Below, in pieces: positions 1-21,382 of a DNA stretch of 64,000 bases (the stretch's first letter is position 1; every line of letters begins with the position of its first letter). The DNA lies in the NCBI RefSeq assembly GCF_009914755.1, contig NC_060938.1. One strand, 5' to 3'. This DNA comes from the human T2T-CHM13v2.0 reference genome, Homo sapiens. The translations under genes and the position numbers were made by a program. The notes beneath the pieces are model-generated. The model was not told where the DNA came from, ran no database searches, and saw nothing but the letters and a program-made list of their open reading frames with translations.

Positions 1-115
1 AGAGACGAGGTTTCACCGTGTTAGCCAGAATGGTCTCGGTCTCCTGACTTCGTGATCCGCCCACCTCGGCCTCCCAAAGTGCTGGGATGACAGGCGTGAG
101 CCACCGTGCCCAGCC
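1..115 (-). mobile_element. Alu (AluS/Y-like), 5' part of left monomer, cut by window edge
   Basis: Reverse-complement Alu 5' sequence ...ctcccaaagtgctggga..aggcgtgagccaccgtgcccagcc. Confidence 0.95.
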
Positions 116-275
116 ATTTTTTGACTTTTTAATAATAGTCCTTCTGACTGGTGTGAGATGGTATCTCATTGTGGTTTTGATTTGCATTTCTCTAATGAAT
201 AGTCAAGCTGAGCATTTTTTTTCACGTGCTTATTGGCCGTAAACATGTCTTCTTTTAGGAAGTATCTGTTCATAT
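116..275 (-). mobile_element. L1 ORF2 3'-region fragment
   Basis: ttctgactggtgtgagatggtatctcattgtggttttgatttgcatttctctaat is L1 antisense sequence, also seen at ~2820 and ~40430. Confidence 0.85.
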
Positions 276-834
276 AAAAAGTGGTAATATTTTTTGAGGA
301 AAAAAATGAATAAATTCAGAGACAAACTCTTTTGTTGGATAAAAACAATATTATTGAATATATACATGTCAATGCATAAATTGAATATAATTTAATAAAA
401 TACCAGTAATACTTTTCATTGTAAAATTAATTCAAGATTATCTAGAGGAAAAAATCTATCCAAGGTGATAAAACTTTCCTAGAAGGGTTAAAAAGTCTCC
501 ATTTTGAGGACTATTTTAGATCTTCAGATTACTTTTATCTTATGAATTAGAGTGAACATTAAGAGGTGAGTAAGATCCTGGATTATATGCACAATTATGA
601 AAAAAATCATATTTTTAAAAGTTTTGGTGGCAAGACTAACCTACTCCAAGATGGGGTTGTTATTCCACTTAAGAACGTATCTAACCTCATGTATTTTGCT
701 TCCTTTCTCTATTTTCCTCTGTGCAGCTCTCTTTATCATGGTTTTCTTTTTGTGGTTATATGGATTTGTAGACTGTGCATTTATATGGAATGCCATGCGA
801 GCTGTCACAGCCCAGGCAGTGGAGTGTGGTTGGC

Positions 835-1275
835 TTGTGGGTAGTAAGAAGAATTTACCAACAACTGTATAGATTTGAAAAGGAAAGTTGTATTAGCTGG
901 AAAGAACGCTGCAGAGGAGTGCAGCAGGGCTTCTCAGCCAGAGAGGACTGAGTACACCACTGCAGTAGATTTTTCCTTAGGGTATTTATGGACCTTAAAG
1001 TGGGAGCTTAAGGGTAATTTTTACCATATTAGCCACATAGGTCATGGTAAACAATTACATTTATAGACATTTTGGTGCCTTGATGTCAGCAAGAGTTGCA
1101 CAATGAGTTTAGAATACATGCATTCCAGAGATGTATAGAAATTCTAGTTACTCACAAATTTTTGGAAAAGAAATCTCATACCAGATGTCAGCTTTACATA
1201 ATAGGGATGTCTAATTACTTCTGAATTCCTTGGATAAGGAATTTCGCCTCTGGATGGTCTTGCTCTCCTTGTGGA
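835..1275. mobile_element. Probable old ERV1-class LTR remnant (MER31-like, tentative)
   Basis: Recognition of motifs such as catgcattccagagatgtatagaaattctagttac; the family call is from memory only. Confidence 0.35.
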
Positions 1276-2135
1276 CTAGTATCTCTCTGTTTCTTCACCT
1301 TTTTTTTTTTTTTAAGTCATACAACTATCTTTCCATTTATGTCTCTGCTAGTCTTCTTTTCCCTTTTCTCTTGATCTTTATTTTGATTATTGTAAATTTT
1401 TCTGTACTTCTCTCTCTCTCTTTTCTTCTTTCTTTCCTTTTTCTACTCTTACACTTTGTTTTTGAAATGTAAAATAAATTAGAACAAATATATTTGGTGA
1501 TAAATTATGTTTATTACCCCCAAATCTGTGTTCTTATTTCACTTGTAAAGTGACCCATAAACTCAGTGTTTTCTCTAAAGCCAAAGAAAAGATTAAAATA
1601 ATTTTAAAATAGAATTAATAAAATAAATTTGTATTTATTTTTTCTGACTCAATTAATTTTTAAAATTAATAATCTTTAATGGAAAAATGTTTTTCATCCT
1701 TGTTTTAGTTGAGCAGAGTGAAAGTGAACAAATTACAAATACCAAGATCATGATGCATCTTTTCATGCTATGTAGGAGGTCACCTTCCCTTTAGCAATTG
1801 TTCTATCCTATACCAAGAAACTATTTTCTCTAAGAATAATTATGCAACAGTATTCATGAGCTTTTTAATATTTCCTTTGCTAATGTCCTTATCACCGTCA
1901 ACATCCTGCTACTGAGTAAGGTGCTTATCTCGCATGCAAAATTTAAAGGCGTGCCCAAAAACTCAATAGTAGAGATAAACATTTTAATCAATATTTTGAG
2001 AAATCAAAATTAATTTTAAAATTTGTGATAAACAAAGTACCAAATTTTAAGCAAAGGCAGGATCAGCAACTGCCATGTTGAGCCATGTTGGAACCTGAGG
2101 CAACAGGAAAAATAAATAATATTGGTGAAGTCTTT

Positions 2136-8867
<6,732 letters not shown>

Positions 8868-11800
8868 TTGGTGAAGCCTTTAATTGAAAAATTTGAGTCT
8901 AGTCATATATATATATATGTATATATGTATTTTTTGCCTCATCCTACCCCTGCTTGCTTTCGTGGTACAAAGCAATAATCTCTCATCATTTATTTAATAT
9001 TTTTCTCCTTTTGAATTTTATTATAACACGTAAATTTACTTCTCTCAAACTTCTATTTATTTCTGGACTAAAAAATATGCTTCTGAATAGGGTTCTGTCT
9101 TTTTCACGATAGAATTTTTGTTTTAGAACTAGAAAGTAAGTCAGCTTGGCATTATGTAGCACATTTAAAAAAATTTAGTTCTTGCAAACTCTGGTATTTT
9201 TCTTTGCCTTATTTATTTGATAACTAATATAGCTTGCCTAATAACTCCCTTTGGAAGCATTCAGTGGGTCATGGTAGTCTCAAATCTCAAAAGAACTTTC
9301 TCCATTACAATAGAGAGATTTTAAAATCTAAGGTTCCTCATGTGGCAATGAACATTTATGAACAATGGCAAAACTGGTTAGTCTTACTAGGAGAGGGAGG
9401 ATGCCTACTTTGTGAGAGTAACATAAGATCCCTGAAGGCTTAAATTTCTGGAGCTCTTCATATATATACAAGAAACAAGAAGAAAGGGACAATAGAAAAA
9501 ATATTGCAACTATTTTACTTGTTCACCTGATATCTTAGATTGCAGTTGAATAGACAGGTCAGAGTATTAGCAGGAATAGCCACAGGCTAAGGTCTAAATT
9601 CAGCAGTGGGGCACTATGTACTCTCTCTCCTAATAGATCTCCATCTGCATTTAATGCTTGGGATTACTTTACTGGCGAACAAAACCTTTAATTCTATTAT
9701 AATTTTTTTCCATAGACTCAAGAGAATTGACATCTGGTGTTAAAAACCAAAAATCATACAAATGACTGATATGTATCATTTTCCTTATTAAATATGGAAG
9801 AAAAGGGAGGAGGATGCAGAAATGGTAGGCTAAAAGCTCCAGAGAAAAACTTAACAGATTTTATGATTTTGCAGAAGATAAGTCCTTGACCTCTTCATTT
9901 TCACATTCAGCAGGTATGAAAGTTTCTTCTGTTGCATGTGGTTATATCATTCATTCTTAGAATTTTGACAGAAAGTTGTAGAACCGAAAAAAAGCTTGAT
10001 ATACAAACCACTAGCTGTACTGGCAATTTTACATGAAGGCATTACTGACCCTCCACAACTTCTCTCTATTAACTTTTCAGATTTATGCAACTACCATTAT
10101 CCCAGGGGTTACTCAAAGACAATGACGAAAGATCTAGCAGCATTCTGTCCATTCAATATAACTACTTTTAACATCTAAATATTTTCAGGATTAACTTTGG
10201 TTGAAGTGTACTTGAATGAATTACATATTAATACCATCATCACCTCATTTGATCCTCATGTTACCCCCATCAGACCCAAAGAGTCAATACATTAAACTAT
10301 TTGGTAGATGACAACTCAGGCTTCTGAAAGCTAAGTGACTTTCCCAGAATCACACAATAAGTTAATTGCTCATTCAAGGCATGAGAGTCAGATAAATGAT
10401 TCCCAAACCAGGGATCCTTTTATGTTATTACATTGCCTAAAAAACTGGCATTCAAATGGAATTTAGAGGCCATTTATTCTGGCCATCTCATTTGATTGAT
10501 GAATAAATTTTCTGGCTAACAATCTATACATTTGTTTAGTGCTTTATATACTCATCAGCAGCATCAGCATAAATTAAATTTTCTATTACGTTCTCAGCCT
10601 GATTCACACTTTTTAGAAAATATAAAACTTATTATTTCATACTCAAATAATTTACTAACCTTGCATCATTAGTGAGCTATTACTACTAATATTACATCCC
10701 TATTTTTGAAATTTGTATTCAATATATTTATTTCATTAGGATGCTACTAATGAAATTAACTTCTTTTTTTTAAAAAAAAGGTGAATCATCTCATTTTTAT
10801 CAGGTTCACTTACAAGTATGAAGTAGTTGATAAGTGACTCAGCGTTGGCCAACTGCAAGAATACCACTTAAAAGTAAATGGTTATTACTGAAGAGTGAAT
10901 TATATATTTTCATTTTGTAGACTTAATATTTAAAATGGAAGATGGTGGGAAGCACACACATTTCTCACTCTTGTTGGGAAAGAAAATGACAATAAGATTT
11001 TCTGGTTTTTGTTTTGTTTTGTTTTTAGATGTATTAGCAAGACAGGTGTGGGGTAGAATGGAGTAGCCATGAACATAGACGAAAAGTGGAGAGAGTGAAA
11101 ACATATCAGAGTGAAAAAACATAGATAAATGTAAGGGAGAAGAAAGAAAAAATAATAAAGAACAATATTTAAAGAGAACAAAATAAATAGAGCCAGAAAG
11201 AAACAGAGAAGGGGAAAAGAACAGGCAACAAATTAACAGGGAAAAGAAATCACAACCAGAAAAAAAAAAAGAAAATAAACTGCTTATTGATGAATAAAGA
11301 AAGAGAGAAAAAGAAAAATAAGGAAGGAGGTTGAGTAAGCACATAGGATCTCTAAACACTTGGCTCCAGGAGCCCATCTGACCACACTCAGACTCCAGGC
11401 ATGCACACACAGAGTTGCCTGGAGATGTTTCTGTGTCTCCACCCTGCAAATGTGGTGAACCCTTCTCCTTCATCTTCCCTATTTCTGTAGTGTGTCATCA
11501 TGGCCAGAAACTGATCAATGCACGAATTAGCTGAAATGGCAAGAAGGATTAGAGATACAGTGAGGAGGGTATGGTACAGACTTTTGACAGAACTTTCTCT
11601 ACTAATTTGCCTAAAATAGAACACTTTACTCTGATGATGCCATCATTTATGGATTTTTTTTTTGGTAGAAACTTATTTTATTTTGCTTAGAGGAATGCTC
11701 ATCTGATTAGACTCTGCGTCTATTCCAACCACCATTTAGAGAAGGTAGAGATAATTGAAAGATGGAAATGGGACAGGGAAGAAAGTTGATCAAGAAGTCA

Positions 11801-12006
11801 AGTAGTACAGAATCCCATCTGTTAAGAAACAGTAGAAAAATAACAGTGAGGCTGGGACACAGGCAGAATGGAAGAGCTTATAACCTTCAATTTCAAAGTC
11901 CTTCAGAAATCCTCAAATGTCTCAGGGATATTGTTAAATGCTAACACATCAAGAAATACCTCACTGTATGTTAGCATGTGGGATACATAAAACACATGAG
12001 TAAGTA

Positions 12007-12441
12007 CAGTTGACCCCAGAAAAACATGGGTTTGAACCACACAGGTCCACTTATATGTGGATTTTCTTCCACCTCTGCCTCCCCTGACACAGAAAAACGA
12101 ACCCTTCCTTTTCCTTCTCCTCCTCAGCCTACTCAGTGGGAAGACAACAACGATACGAACTTTATGATGATGCATTTCCACTTAATGAACAGTATTTATA
12201 TCTTCCTTTCCTTATGATTTTGTTATATTTTATTTTCTGTAGCTTAGTTTATTGTAGGATTATAGTATATAATACATAAAACATAAAAATATTTGTTATT
12301 CAACTGTCTATGTTACCAGCAAAACTTCAGATCAACAGTAATCATTAGAAGCTAAGTTTTTAGGGAATCAAGGTATGTGCTAATTTTTTATTGCACAGGG
12401 GGTCTGCCCCCTTAACTCCTGCATTGTTCAAGTGTCGACTG
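12007..12441 (+). mobile_element. Tigger2a-like DNA transposon MITE (TcMar-Tigger)
   Basis: TA|cagttgaccc...gggtttgaac...gtccacttata start and ...ttgttcaagtgtcgactg|TA end (degenerate TIRs, TA target duplication), ~435 bp. Confidence 0.85.
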
Positions 12442-12984
12442 TAGAAGGGGCTCTTGATTTAAGGAAATTTTTATATAGGCAGATAGTAGAATAAATGTTG
12501 AGACAAATGGCTGGCAAAGGGGGAAAGGTTAAGACATGAGCAGAAAAGCTCATTTGAAGGAACTACAAAATATTTTTCCCTATTACAATTTTGTGTGTGT
12601 TTGTATGTATTTGTGTGCATACGTGTGTGTTCATGTGGTATTTGCATATGTATATATGATGATGTGTCAAAGTATGACTTTCATAAATTCCACATGTGGC
12701 TGCCAGTAACACCCAGAAATTTCTGTATTAACCACTCTATTCCATTCTAGGGATACATAAAGCAGATAGTTTTAATGCTTCTTAAAATACGTACCCTAAG
12801 ATGACACTATATAGATGTGCTGTCTGTCTTTTGGTGTTTGTTTGCTTGTTTGTTTTGATTTTCTATTTCTCTCTTCTTTCTTCCCTCATCCTCTATCTTC
12901 TTGTCTTTCTTTTCTAGGTACTGTTGCAGTAGCATTTTCTGTCAAAGATTTTCCCTTCCTTCCGCACCCCATGTGCTAGAGCAT

Positions 12985-13311
<327 letters not shown>

Positions 13312-14867
13312 GCTAGAGCACTTACTTAAAACAAATACACTGTTTAGTTAAATCATATTAAGAATATCCTTTTATATTAAAGTTTGTATTTTGTTGTAGG
13401 CCAGTAATTTTCAAACTTAAAAAATTTATTCCCCTAAGACATTTTTTGAATATATAACCTTAAATGTATGCATATTTATTTATAAAGTATATATAAACCA
13501 TTGTACTATGTTATCCATTATAAATATTAAAAAGTGAATTTAGAAAACAACGAAATGTAGTGATACATATAAAATGTTATACACCGACTAAATATAGATA
13601 AATTACTATGTTCTTTCTATACTTCAGTGGATTATCATGTGCACCTTCTGGAATGAGTATACCCCATGAAAACAATCTGAATTTTAAGTATGAATTTTCT
13701 TCACAATGCACATTGTTTTTCTTTTTATTTAAACAAGGTTGAACTTACAAATCAAAGCAATATGGGAGTGATTTTAGACTAACAATATTATTTTTAGTTA
13801 TCCAAATGCACAAAAAGAACATTCATTCATTGAAGCTGTGATTAAAAAATTCTTTATCTATTTAAACTGAAGAGTATACACTTGCATTATCCTACTACTT
13901 ATCAAGCAGAGCAAAAAATAAAACTCACTCTAAACTTAAGTAATATAACTACAGGTTATTTCTCATCTTTGAAATGGAAGAATAACACTACAGTATCTTT
14001 ATGGCTACTTACAGTGTATCTATGCTATGACTTTATGAGTTGAGATAATGATATTTTAAAGTTTTATACTTGCAAATTTTATATTGTAGCATATTGTTTG
14101 TTAAAAGGCTGTATCTTGGGTGTCACACTGGGAACAGAGAAAGAAATGTGTTGTGAGTTTATTAATATTTGAAACTCAAAAAGTGCTAAATAAGCTGCAT
14201 GCAGGTGTGGAGTGGCCACAGGAGTGGTGTTCAAACAGAGTTACAGCTGGAGCACTGTGCCTGTGTTAGGTCAAAAGTGGAGCTATAGCTTGGGATTCTC
14301 GTGAACAGTCTGGGAAAAGAGTATACAAGGATATCAGACCAAAAGGAGTATAATAAGAAGTAAATTAGATGATAAGACAGAGGGTAAGGAAGAGAGTTAC
14401 CAGCTAGGAACTGGGAATTACACAGGAATTGAGGGAAGAAAATGTCTAGGAAAATTTTGGGGTGGTGTGGACAAGGAGAAACAGGGTCTAATCCCAAGAA
14501 AAGAGCTAACCCTCAAGCATAGTATATCCACAAAAACTCAAAGACCTTCAGATTTGAAGTTAGGTTGTGTCTCCATTAGGAAACTTCCATGATTTAAGAA
14601 TGTAGGAATCCCAACGTGGAGGATACCAGACCCCTAACATGGACAATGATTCTGTAGAAGCACATGGTTGAATGGGAATAAAACTGTAGCTTTGAGAACC
14701 ATATTGTGTTTTCATTTTTCATTTTAAATTTGGAGAAATTAAGGTAATGGAGTTTCCCCAGAATAGGAGAGGGATGGGAAGTGTTGTTTTTAGCTGAAGT
14801 ACTGTATGTGCCAAATATTTTTTAGCTGTATAACTAGTATCTAGTTGGAAGACATAGTAATAACAAT

Positions 14868-14893
14868 TAATTCTGCTTCTTAATGTACTGCAG
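14868..14893 (+). promoter_or_regulatory. Probable splice acceptor of the OR4N2 coding exon
   Basis: taattctgcttcttaatgtactgcAG|gccagggaaATGG, 9 nt before the ATG; typical OR architecture. Confidence 0.55.
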
Positions 14894-14902
14894 GCCAGGG
14901 AA

Positions 14903-15826
14903 ATGGAAAGCGAGAACAGAACAGTGATAAGAGAATTCATCCTCCTTGGTCTGACCCAGTCTCAAGATATTCAGCTCCTGGTCTTTGTGCTAGTTTTAAT
15001 ATTCTACTTCATCATCCTCCCTGGAAATTTTCTCATTATTTTCACCATAAAGTCAGATCCTGGGCTCACAGCCCCCCTCTATTTCTTTCTGGGCAACTTG
15101 GCCTTCCTGGATGCATCCTACTCCTTCACTGTGGCTCCCCGGATGTTGGTGGACTTCCTCTCTGCGAAGAAGATAATCTCCTACAGAGGCTGCATCACTC
15201 AGCTCTTTTTCTTGCACTTCCTTGGAGGAGGGGAGGGATTACTCCTTGTTGTGATGGCCTTTGACCGCTACATCGCCATCTGCCGGCCTCTGCACTATTC
15301 TACTGTCATGAACCCTAGAACCTGCTATGCAATGATGTTGGCTCTGTGGCTTGGGGGTTTTGTCCACTCCATTATCCAGGTGGTCCTCATCCTCCGCTTG
15401 CCTTTTTGTGGCCCAAACCAGCTGGACAACTTCTTCTGTGATGTCCCACAGGTCATCAAGCTGGCCTGCACCGACACATTTGTGGTGGAGCTTCTGATGG
15501 TCTTCAACAGTGGCCTGATGACACTCCTGTGCTTTCTGGGGCTTCTGGCCTCCTATGCAGTCATTCTTTGTCGCATACGAGGGTCTTCTTCTGAGGCAAA
15601 AAACAAGGCCATGTCCACGTGCATCACCCATATCATTGTTATATTCTTCATGTTTGGACCTGGCATCTTCATCTACACGCGCCCCTTCAGGGCTTTCCCA
15701 GCTGACAAGGTGGTTTCTCTCTTCCACACAGTGATTTTTCCTTTGTTGAATCCTGTCATTTATACCCTTCGCAACCAGGAAGTGAAAGCTTCCATGAAAA
15801 AGGTATTTAATAAGCACATAGCCTGA
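14903..15826 (+). CDS. OR4N2: Olfactory receptor family 4 subfamily N member 2 (307 aa, intact)
   Basis: Single-exon 7TM ORF with N-glycosylation sequon [51 protein letters not shown]; termini [12 protein letters not shown]...KKVFNKHIA recognised. Confidence 0.95.
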   Translation: MESENRTVIREFILLGLTQSQDIQLLVFVLVLIFYFIILPGNFLIIFTIKSDPGLTAPLYFFLGNLAFLDASYSFTVAPRMLVDFLSAKKIISYRGCITQLFFLHFLGGGEGLLLVVMAFDRYIAICRPLHYSTVMNPRTCYAMMLALWLGGFVHSIIQVVLILRLPFCGPNQLDNFFCDVPQVIKLACTDTFVVELLMVFNSGLMTLLCFLGLLASYAVILCRIRGSSSEAKNKAMSTCITHIIVIFFMFGPGIFIYTRPFRAFPADKVVSLFHTVIFPLLNPVIYTLRNQEVKASMKKVFNKHIA

Positions 15827-17704
15827 AAAAGGGCGCAAAAAAAAAAAGAGAATAAAAATAGACTGTAGAATTTTATCTGAAATTGATTTGTTTATTTCCA
15901 AGTACTGCAATCACTGAGTACCTCCCATTTGTCAGGACTATTCTGGGAACTGAAGAAAGAAATTACTGAGGCAGATAAGGTCCATCTGCTCTCCAAGAGA
16001 TACAATCTAGTAAAAATAGACTGCCATTAAGGTAGAAAATAAACAGCATAGTTTCAGGAAGAGATACTGCTCTGTAAAAACTAAAAAGAAAAGTGAAATG
16101 ATAAATTGTGACTCTGGATTGGGAGTAACCAATTTGTGTTTAATAATCAAAAAAGACCTTGAAGAGCTGACGTTTTGGATGATATCTGGATAAACTGAAG
16201 AAGGCAAACATGCAAACATTTGTGGTTATAGTAATCTAGACGGAGGGCACAGGTAGTGCAAAAACTCAAAGATGATGATGAACTTGGTATATTTGAAGAA
16301 TACAATAAAGTCCATGTTACCCGGAATATAGTAATTTAATATGAAAATGATTAAACTTAAAGTTGGAGATACTGGTAGTGTCAAAAACTTATGGTCTACA
16401 TAGTAAATATGAGTTTTCATTTTATTACAATTACAATAAGAAGCCATTCTGTGGCTTTAAGCAAAAGAGTGATTCCTCTACTGAAGGGTCATAAACGACT
16501 TAGCACTGTAAACTCAAGATTCTATGCGGATATCAAAGACTTGAAAAATATCATTAAGAGGAAAATATTATATTTGTAAGTGCACTTTGAAAGATATTAA
16601 ACTACCAATTTTTCTTACATAAATAAGCAGAGAGTGGCAAAAGAAAGCTGGTTACTTTTACTGAAAAAGATCACAAAAACATTTTACTTTTTTTTTCTAG
16701 AGCTTCATGATTACTCCTAGCAAATTTTTATGACTTTTAGCTGTATGTTTGACCTTATTGCCAATTGATTTCACTCTAAGTTTAATAACAACAGTCTTTT
16801 GGTAGAGCAATCAGGATTTTGTGTCAGAGACAAGAAACCATTCTAGCTATTTTAAACAAAACATCATTTAATATCGAGAGTTAGGTGTTCACAAAATCAC
16901 TGGAAAGTCTAAAAGAGAAGACTATAGGCTGGACGTCCAGAGATGCCTTACAGACTAACACAGGTGACCAATGTTGTCAGGGAAGTTGTTCTTGCTACAA
17001 TCTTAGCCATCTGTTGTCTGAAAAACACTACAATTTTAGCCATGTGCCTGGGATCAAGTTGATGATCTGGAATCACTTTGGACCTAACAAATCGCCCCTA
17101 GTATAACAGAAGCCTCTCCTACTGCATCCCTTTAACTAGCTGACTACATATTCACATCTCAAATGAGTACATTAAATGGGCAGCATCCAAAACATCTGGA
17201 ACCCCAAATGCAAGGGGGTCAAAAATTGAGTTTTAAAATATTTTATTTTTGATAATCGCCAAAGTTTATACTTAGGAATATAAATTTTGTACATGGTAAA
17301 AATATTCAGACTATAGAAAAAGTGGTCTGAATCTTCAAATAATCCTTCTCTATTCTCACTCTGTTTATTGCGTTGCTTCCTGTTTTAGTGAGAAAGGTAG
17401 CAGGTGAGAATTCCTTAATCTCCCATCACTACCACTATACAACCTGCATCTGTGATTAAGTTTCCTTTAACTTCTCCTGAGACTGAGTGACCTGATCCTG
17501 CTCCTACAGAAGTAAACCCTTCCACCTGTGCACCAGATTCCATCCCCCTCCTCTCTACTAAAGGCAATTACTCTGGTAACTCTCCTTTCCCTCACCTATA
17601 ACATGAACTTTGTCCTCCCTATTGGGTGTAACCTTTAGCGTGTAACCACATTTCTTCCCTCCTAAATAAAACCTTCTTGCCACCTTTTCCCCTGTCCATG
17701 TCAC

Positions 17705-20700
17705 TTCATGAGTCTTTGTGTCTCCACATGAATTTTAGGATTTTTAAAAATTTCTTTAAAAAATGATGTTGGGATTTTCACAGAGATTGCATTGAATCTA
17801 TAGATTGCTTCAGGTAGTGTGGATATTTTAACAATATTAATTGTTCTATTCCATTAACATAGAAAGTCTTTCCATTTATTTGCATCTGCTTTAATTTCTT
17901 TAATCAATATTTTACAGTTTAAGTGTACAAGTCTTTCACCTCCTTGTTTAAGTTTACTCCTAAATATTTTATTTTTTGGTTCTAATGGAAATGAGATTAA
18001 TTTCTTAATTTCCCTTTTAGATAGTTCTTTTTTATTGTATAGAATTGAAATGATTTCTTTTGTAGATTTTTAAATTTATAAAAATTTAATTGACAAATAA
18101 AGGTCAAATATATTCAAGGTATATGAAATGATAATTTGATATGCATATACATTGTATAATGATTACCACAATCAAATTAACACATTAATCACCATCCGTG
18201 TTGTACATTAGTTACCAAGAATGTGTTTATCTTATGGCTGAAAGTTGGTACCATTTGACCAACATATTCCCCTTTTCTCTGACTTCAAAACCCTCTGACA
18301 ACCACTGTTCTACTCTCTCCTTCGATGAGCTTTTTTTTTTTTTCAGATTCTACATGTAAGTGAGATCATATAGTGTCTGTCTTTCCGTGTCTGGCTTATT
18401 TCACCTACCGTAATGTCTATTAGGTTTATCTATGTTGCTGCAAATGGCAAAACTTCCTTCTTTCTGTGGCTGAATGACAGTCTATCACATATACGTACCA
18501 CAGTTTTTATACTCATTCATCAATTGATGTACACTTGGGTTGTTTCCATATTTTGGCTATAGTGAATGATGCTGCAGTGAACATAGCAGTAAAGTTATCT
18601 TTTAGAGATACTGATTTCATTTCCTTTGGGTATATATCTAGAAGTGAGATTGCTGGAACATATGGAAGTTTTATTTTTTATTTTTTGAAGAACATCTATA
18701 TTGTTTTCCATAATGCCTGTGCCAATTTACATTTCCATCAATAGCGTAAAAGGGTTCCCTTTTCTCCACATCCTGACCAATACTTGTTATCATGTGTCTT
18801 CTCATAATAGCCATTTCAGCAGGTATGAAGTGATGTCTCATTGTGGTTTTAATTTGCATTTTCCCAATGGTTGATGGTGTTGAGCACCTTTTCATATGCA
18901 TGTTGGCTATTTCTATGTCTGTTTTGGGAATGTAGCTGTTAAAATCTTTGCCAATTGTAAAAATCACATTGTTTGTTGTTTTACTGTTGACTTGTGTACT
19001 TCCTAATATATTATGAATATTAACCCCTTATCATACATATGGTTTACTAATATTTTCTCCCATTCGATAGGTTGCCTTTTAATGTGGTCGATTGTTTCTT
19101 TTGTGGTGCAGTGGAATTTTTAGTTGATATAGTCCCACTTGTTTATTTTTTGTTGCCTGTGCTTTTGTGGTCATATCCAAAAAATGATTGCCAAGACTGT
19201 TGTCAAGGTGTTTTTTCCTTATGTTTTCTTCTGGTAGTTTTACAGTTTCAGGTTATACATTTAAATCTTTAATTCATTTCCAGTTAGTTTTAGTATATGT
19301 CATAAGACAAGACTTCAGTTTCTTTCTTTTGCATGTGGATATTTAGCTTTTCCAACAGCATTTATTAAATAGACTTTTCTTTTCCCATTGTGTATTATTG
19401 GCACCCTTGTCAAATCTTAGTTGGCCATATATGTGTGAATTTATTTTTGGGCTCCCTACTCTGTTCCATTGTTATATGTCATGTTTTTATAGTACCATAC
19501 TGTTTTAATTAATATGGCTTTGTAGTAGAGTTTGAAGCAGTGAGTGTGATGCTTCCAGCTTTGTTCCTTTTTCTCAAAATTACTTTGGCTATTTGGAGTC
19601 TTTTACAAGTACGTACAAATTTGGTTTTTTTTTTTTTCATTTCTATGATGAATGCCATTGGAATTTTAATAGGGACTGGATTGAATCTGTAGGTAATTTA
19701 ATTATTTTAGATATTTTAACAATATTAATTTTTTAAATTAATGTACACAGATATATTTACTTTTAATTCTCTTTTTCCACTTATTTCATCAATGTATTAT
19801 AGTTTTCAGTGTACAGAGCTTTCACCTCCTTGGTTGAATTTATTCCTAAGTATTTTGTTTTAATTTTTTTATAGTTATAAATGGGATTGTTTTCTTGACT
19901 TCCTTTTCAGATAATTCATTGTTAGTGTTTAGAGATCCCACTGGTTTTTGTATGTTCATTTTTTAATCTGCAGCTTTATGAACTCATTTATTCTAAAAGG
20001 TTTTTTTGAGGACATCTTTAGGATTTTCTCGATATAAGATCACGTCATCTGCAAACAGATAATTTTACTTCTTTTCCAATTTGGTTGCCTTTTATTTCTT
20101 ACCTACTTACTCTAGCTAGTACTTTCAGTAATATTTTGAGTAGACTCGGTGAGAGTGGACATCCTTATTGTCTTTCTGATCTTAGAAGGAAAGCTTTCAA
20201 TTTTTCACCATTGAATATGATGTTAGCTGTGCGCTTGTCATATGTGGCATTTATCACTGTGGTAGGCTCCTTCTAAGCATAATTTGCTGGAATTTTTTTA
20301 TCATGAAGGATGTTGAATTTTGTCAATGCCTTTTCTGCATCTATTGAGGTGATCATATGGTTTTTGCCTTTCATTCTGCCAATGTGGTATATCACATTTA
20401 TTGATTTGCATATGTTCAAATATCACAAACAGTGAATTATCCTTTTAATGTGCTGCCAGATTTAATGTGTTAGTATTTTGGCATTTATGTTCATCAGAGA
20501 TACTGGATTGAACTTTTATTTTAGTATCCATCTGTGGCTTAGGTATCAGAGTAATGCAGGCCTTCTAAAATGAGTATGGAAGTGTTCCTGCCTCTTCAAT
20601 ATTTGGAAGAGTTTGGAATAAATTGGTATTAGTTCTTTTTCAAATGTTTGGTAAAATTTAAAAGAGAATCCATTAGGTCCTGGGCCTTTCTTTGCTGGGA

Positions 20701-20830
20701 GATTTTTGAAAGTATTGATTCAATTTTATTCCTTACTGATCGGTTAAGATTTTTTATTCCTTCTTAATTTAATTTTGACAAATTGTGTCCAGAAATTTAT
20801 CTATTTCTTCAAGGTTATTCAATTTGTTGT
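17705..20830 (-). mobile_element. Old L1M (L1MA/MB-like) fragments, nested
   Basis: Degenerate L1 3'UTR (~18080-18500) and ORF2 antisense sequence; ORF 18671-18967 resembles the ORF2 C-terminus ([17 protein letters not shown]). Confidence 0.85.
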
Positions 20831-20869
20831 AGTATAGTTGTTAAAACTTACACAAATTAAGTTTTTTTT

Positions 20870-21382
20870 ATAGTTTTTGACATATTTATAATGTCAGGTA
20901 TTCATTTCTACAGTATTAGAAAGAATAATTTCTTCACCCTAAATTGTTCTTCAACTTAAATTATTCGACTCTTCTTTCTTCTCCTTGTACTCTTGGTAAC
21001 CACCAGTCTTTTACTGTCTCTATAGTTCTAATTTTTCTAGAATGTCATATAATTGGAGTCATACAGTATATAACCTTTCAAAACTGGCTTCTTTCAGCTA
21101 GCATTATGCATTTAAGATTCATTCACACTTTTTTATGGCTTGGTAGTTAATGTCCTCTTTATTGCTGAATAACATTCTATTGTAAATATAGCACAGTTTG
21201 TTTATTCATACACTCGTTGAAGAACATTGTGATTGTCTCCAATTTTTGGCTCTTAGGGAATGAAGTTGCTGTGAACATTCATGACTGGGTTTTTGTGTAC
21301 ACGTTTCAAATCAGTTGGGTAAGTGCCTGGGAGTATGATCATATGGTAAGGCTATGCTCAGCTTTGTAAGAAACTTCCAATT
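20870..21382 (-). mobile_element. Old L1MC/MD-like 3' fragment, host of the following L1 insertion
   Basis: L1M 3'UTR-type motifs (tactgtctctatagtt, tggagtcatacagtat, tggtaaggctatg..ctttgtaagaaact); similar sequence resumes at ~25930-26580. Confidence 0.6.

Noticed and set aside
10910-11473. 187-aa minus-strand ORF rich in F, S and L
   Set aside because: Translation of a purine-rich low-complexity tract with no recognisable domain.
14745-14763. TAATGG next to TTTCCCCAGAA, resembling a homeodomain plus O/E composite site
   Set aside because: The O/E match is imperfect and it lies in the presumed intron; it cannot be distinguished from chance without conservation data.
15239-15910. 223-aa ORF antisense to OR4N2, and similar overlapping ORFs in the OR4K genes
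   Set aside because: Shadow frames of OR coding sequence with no independent coding signal.
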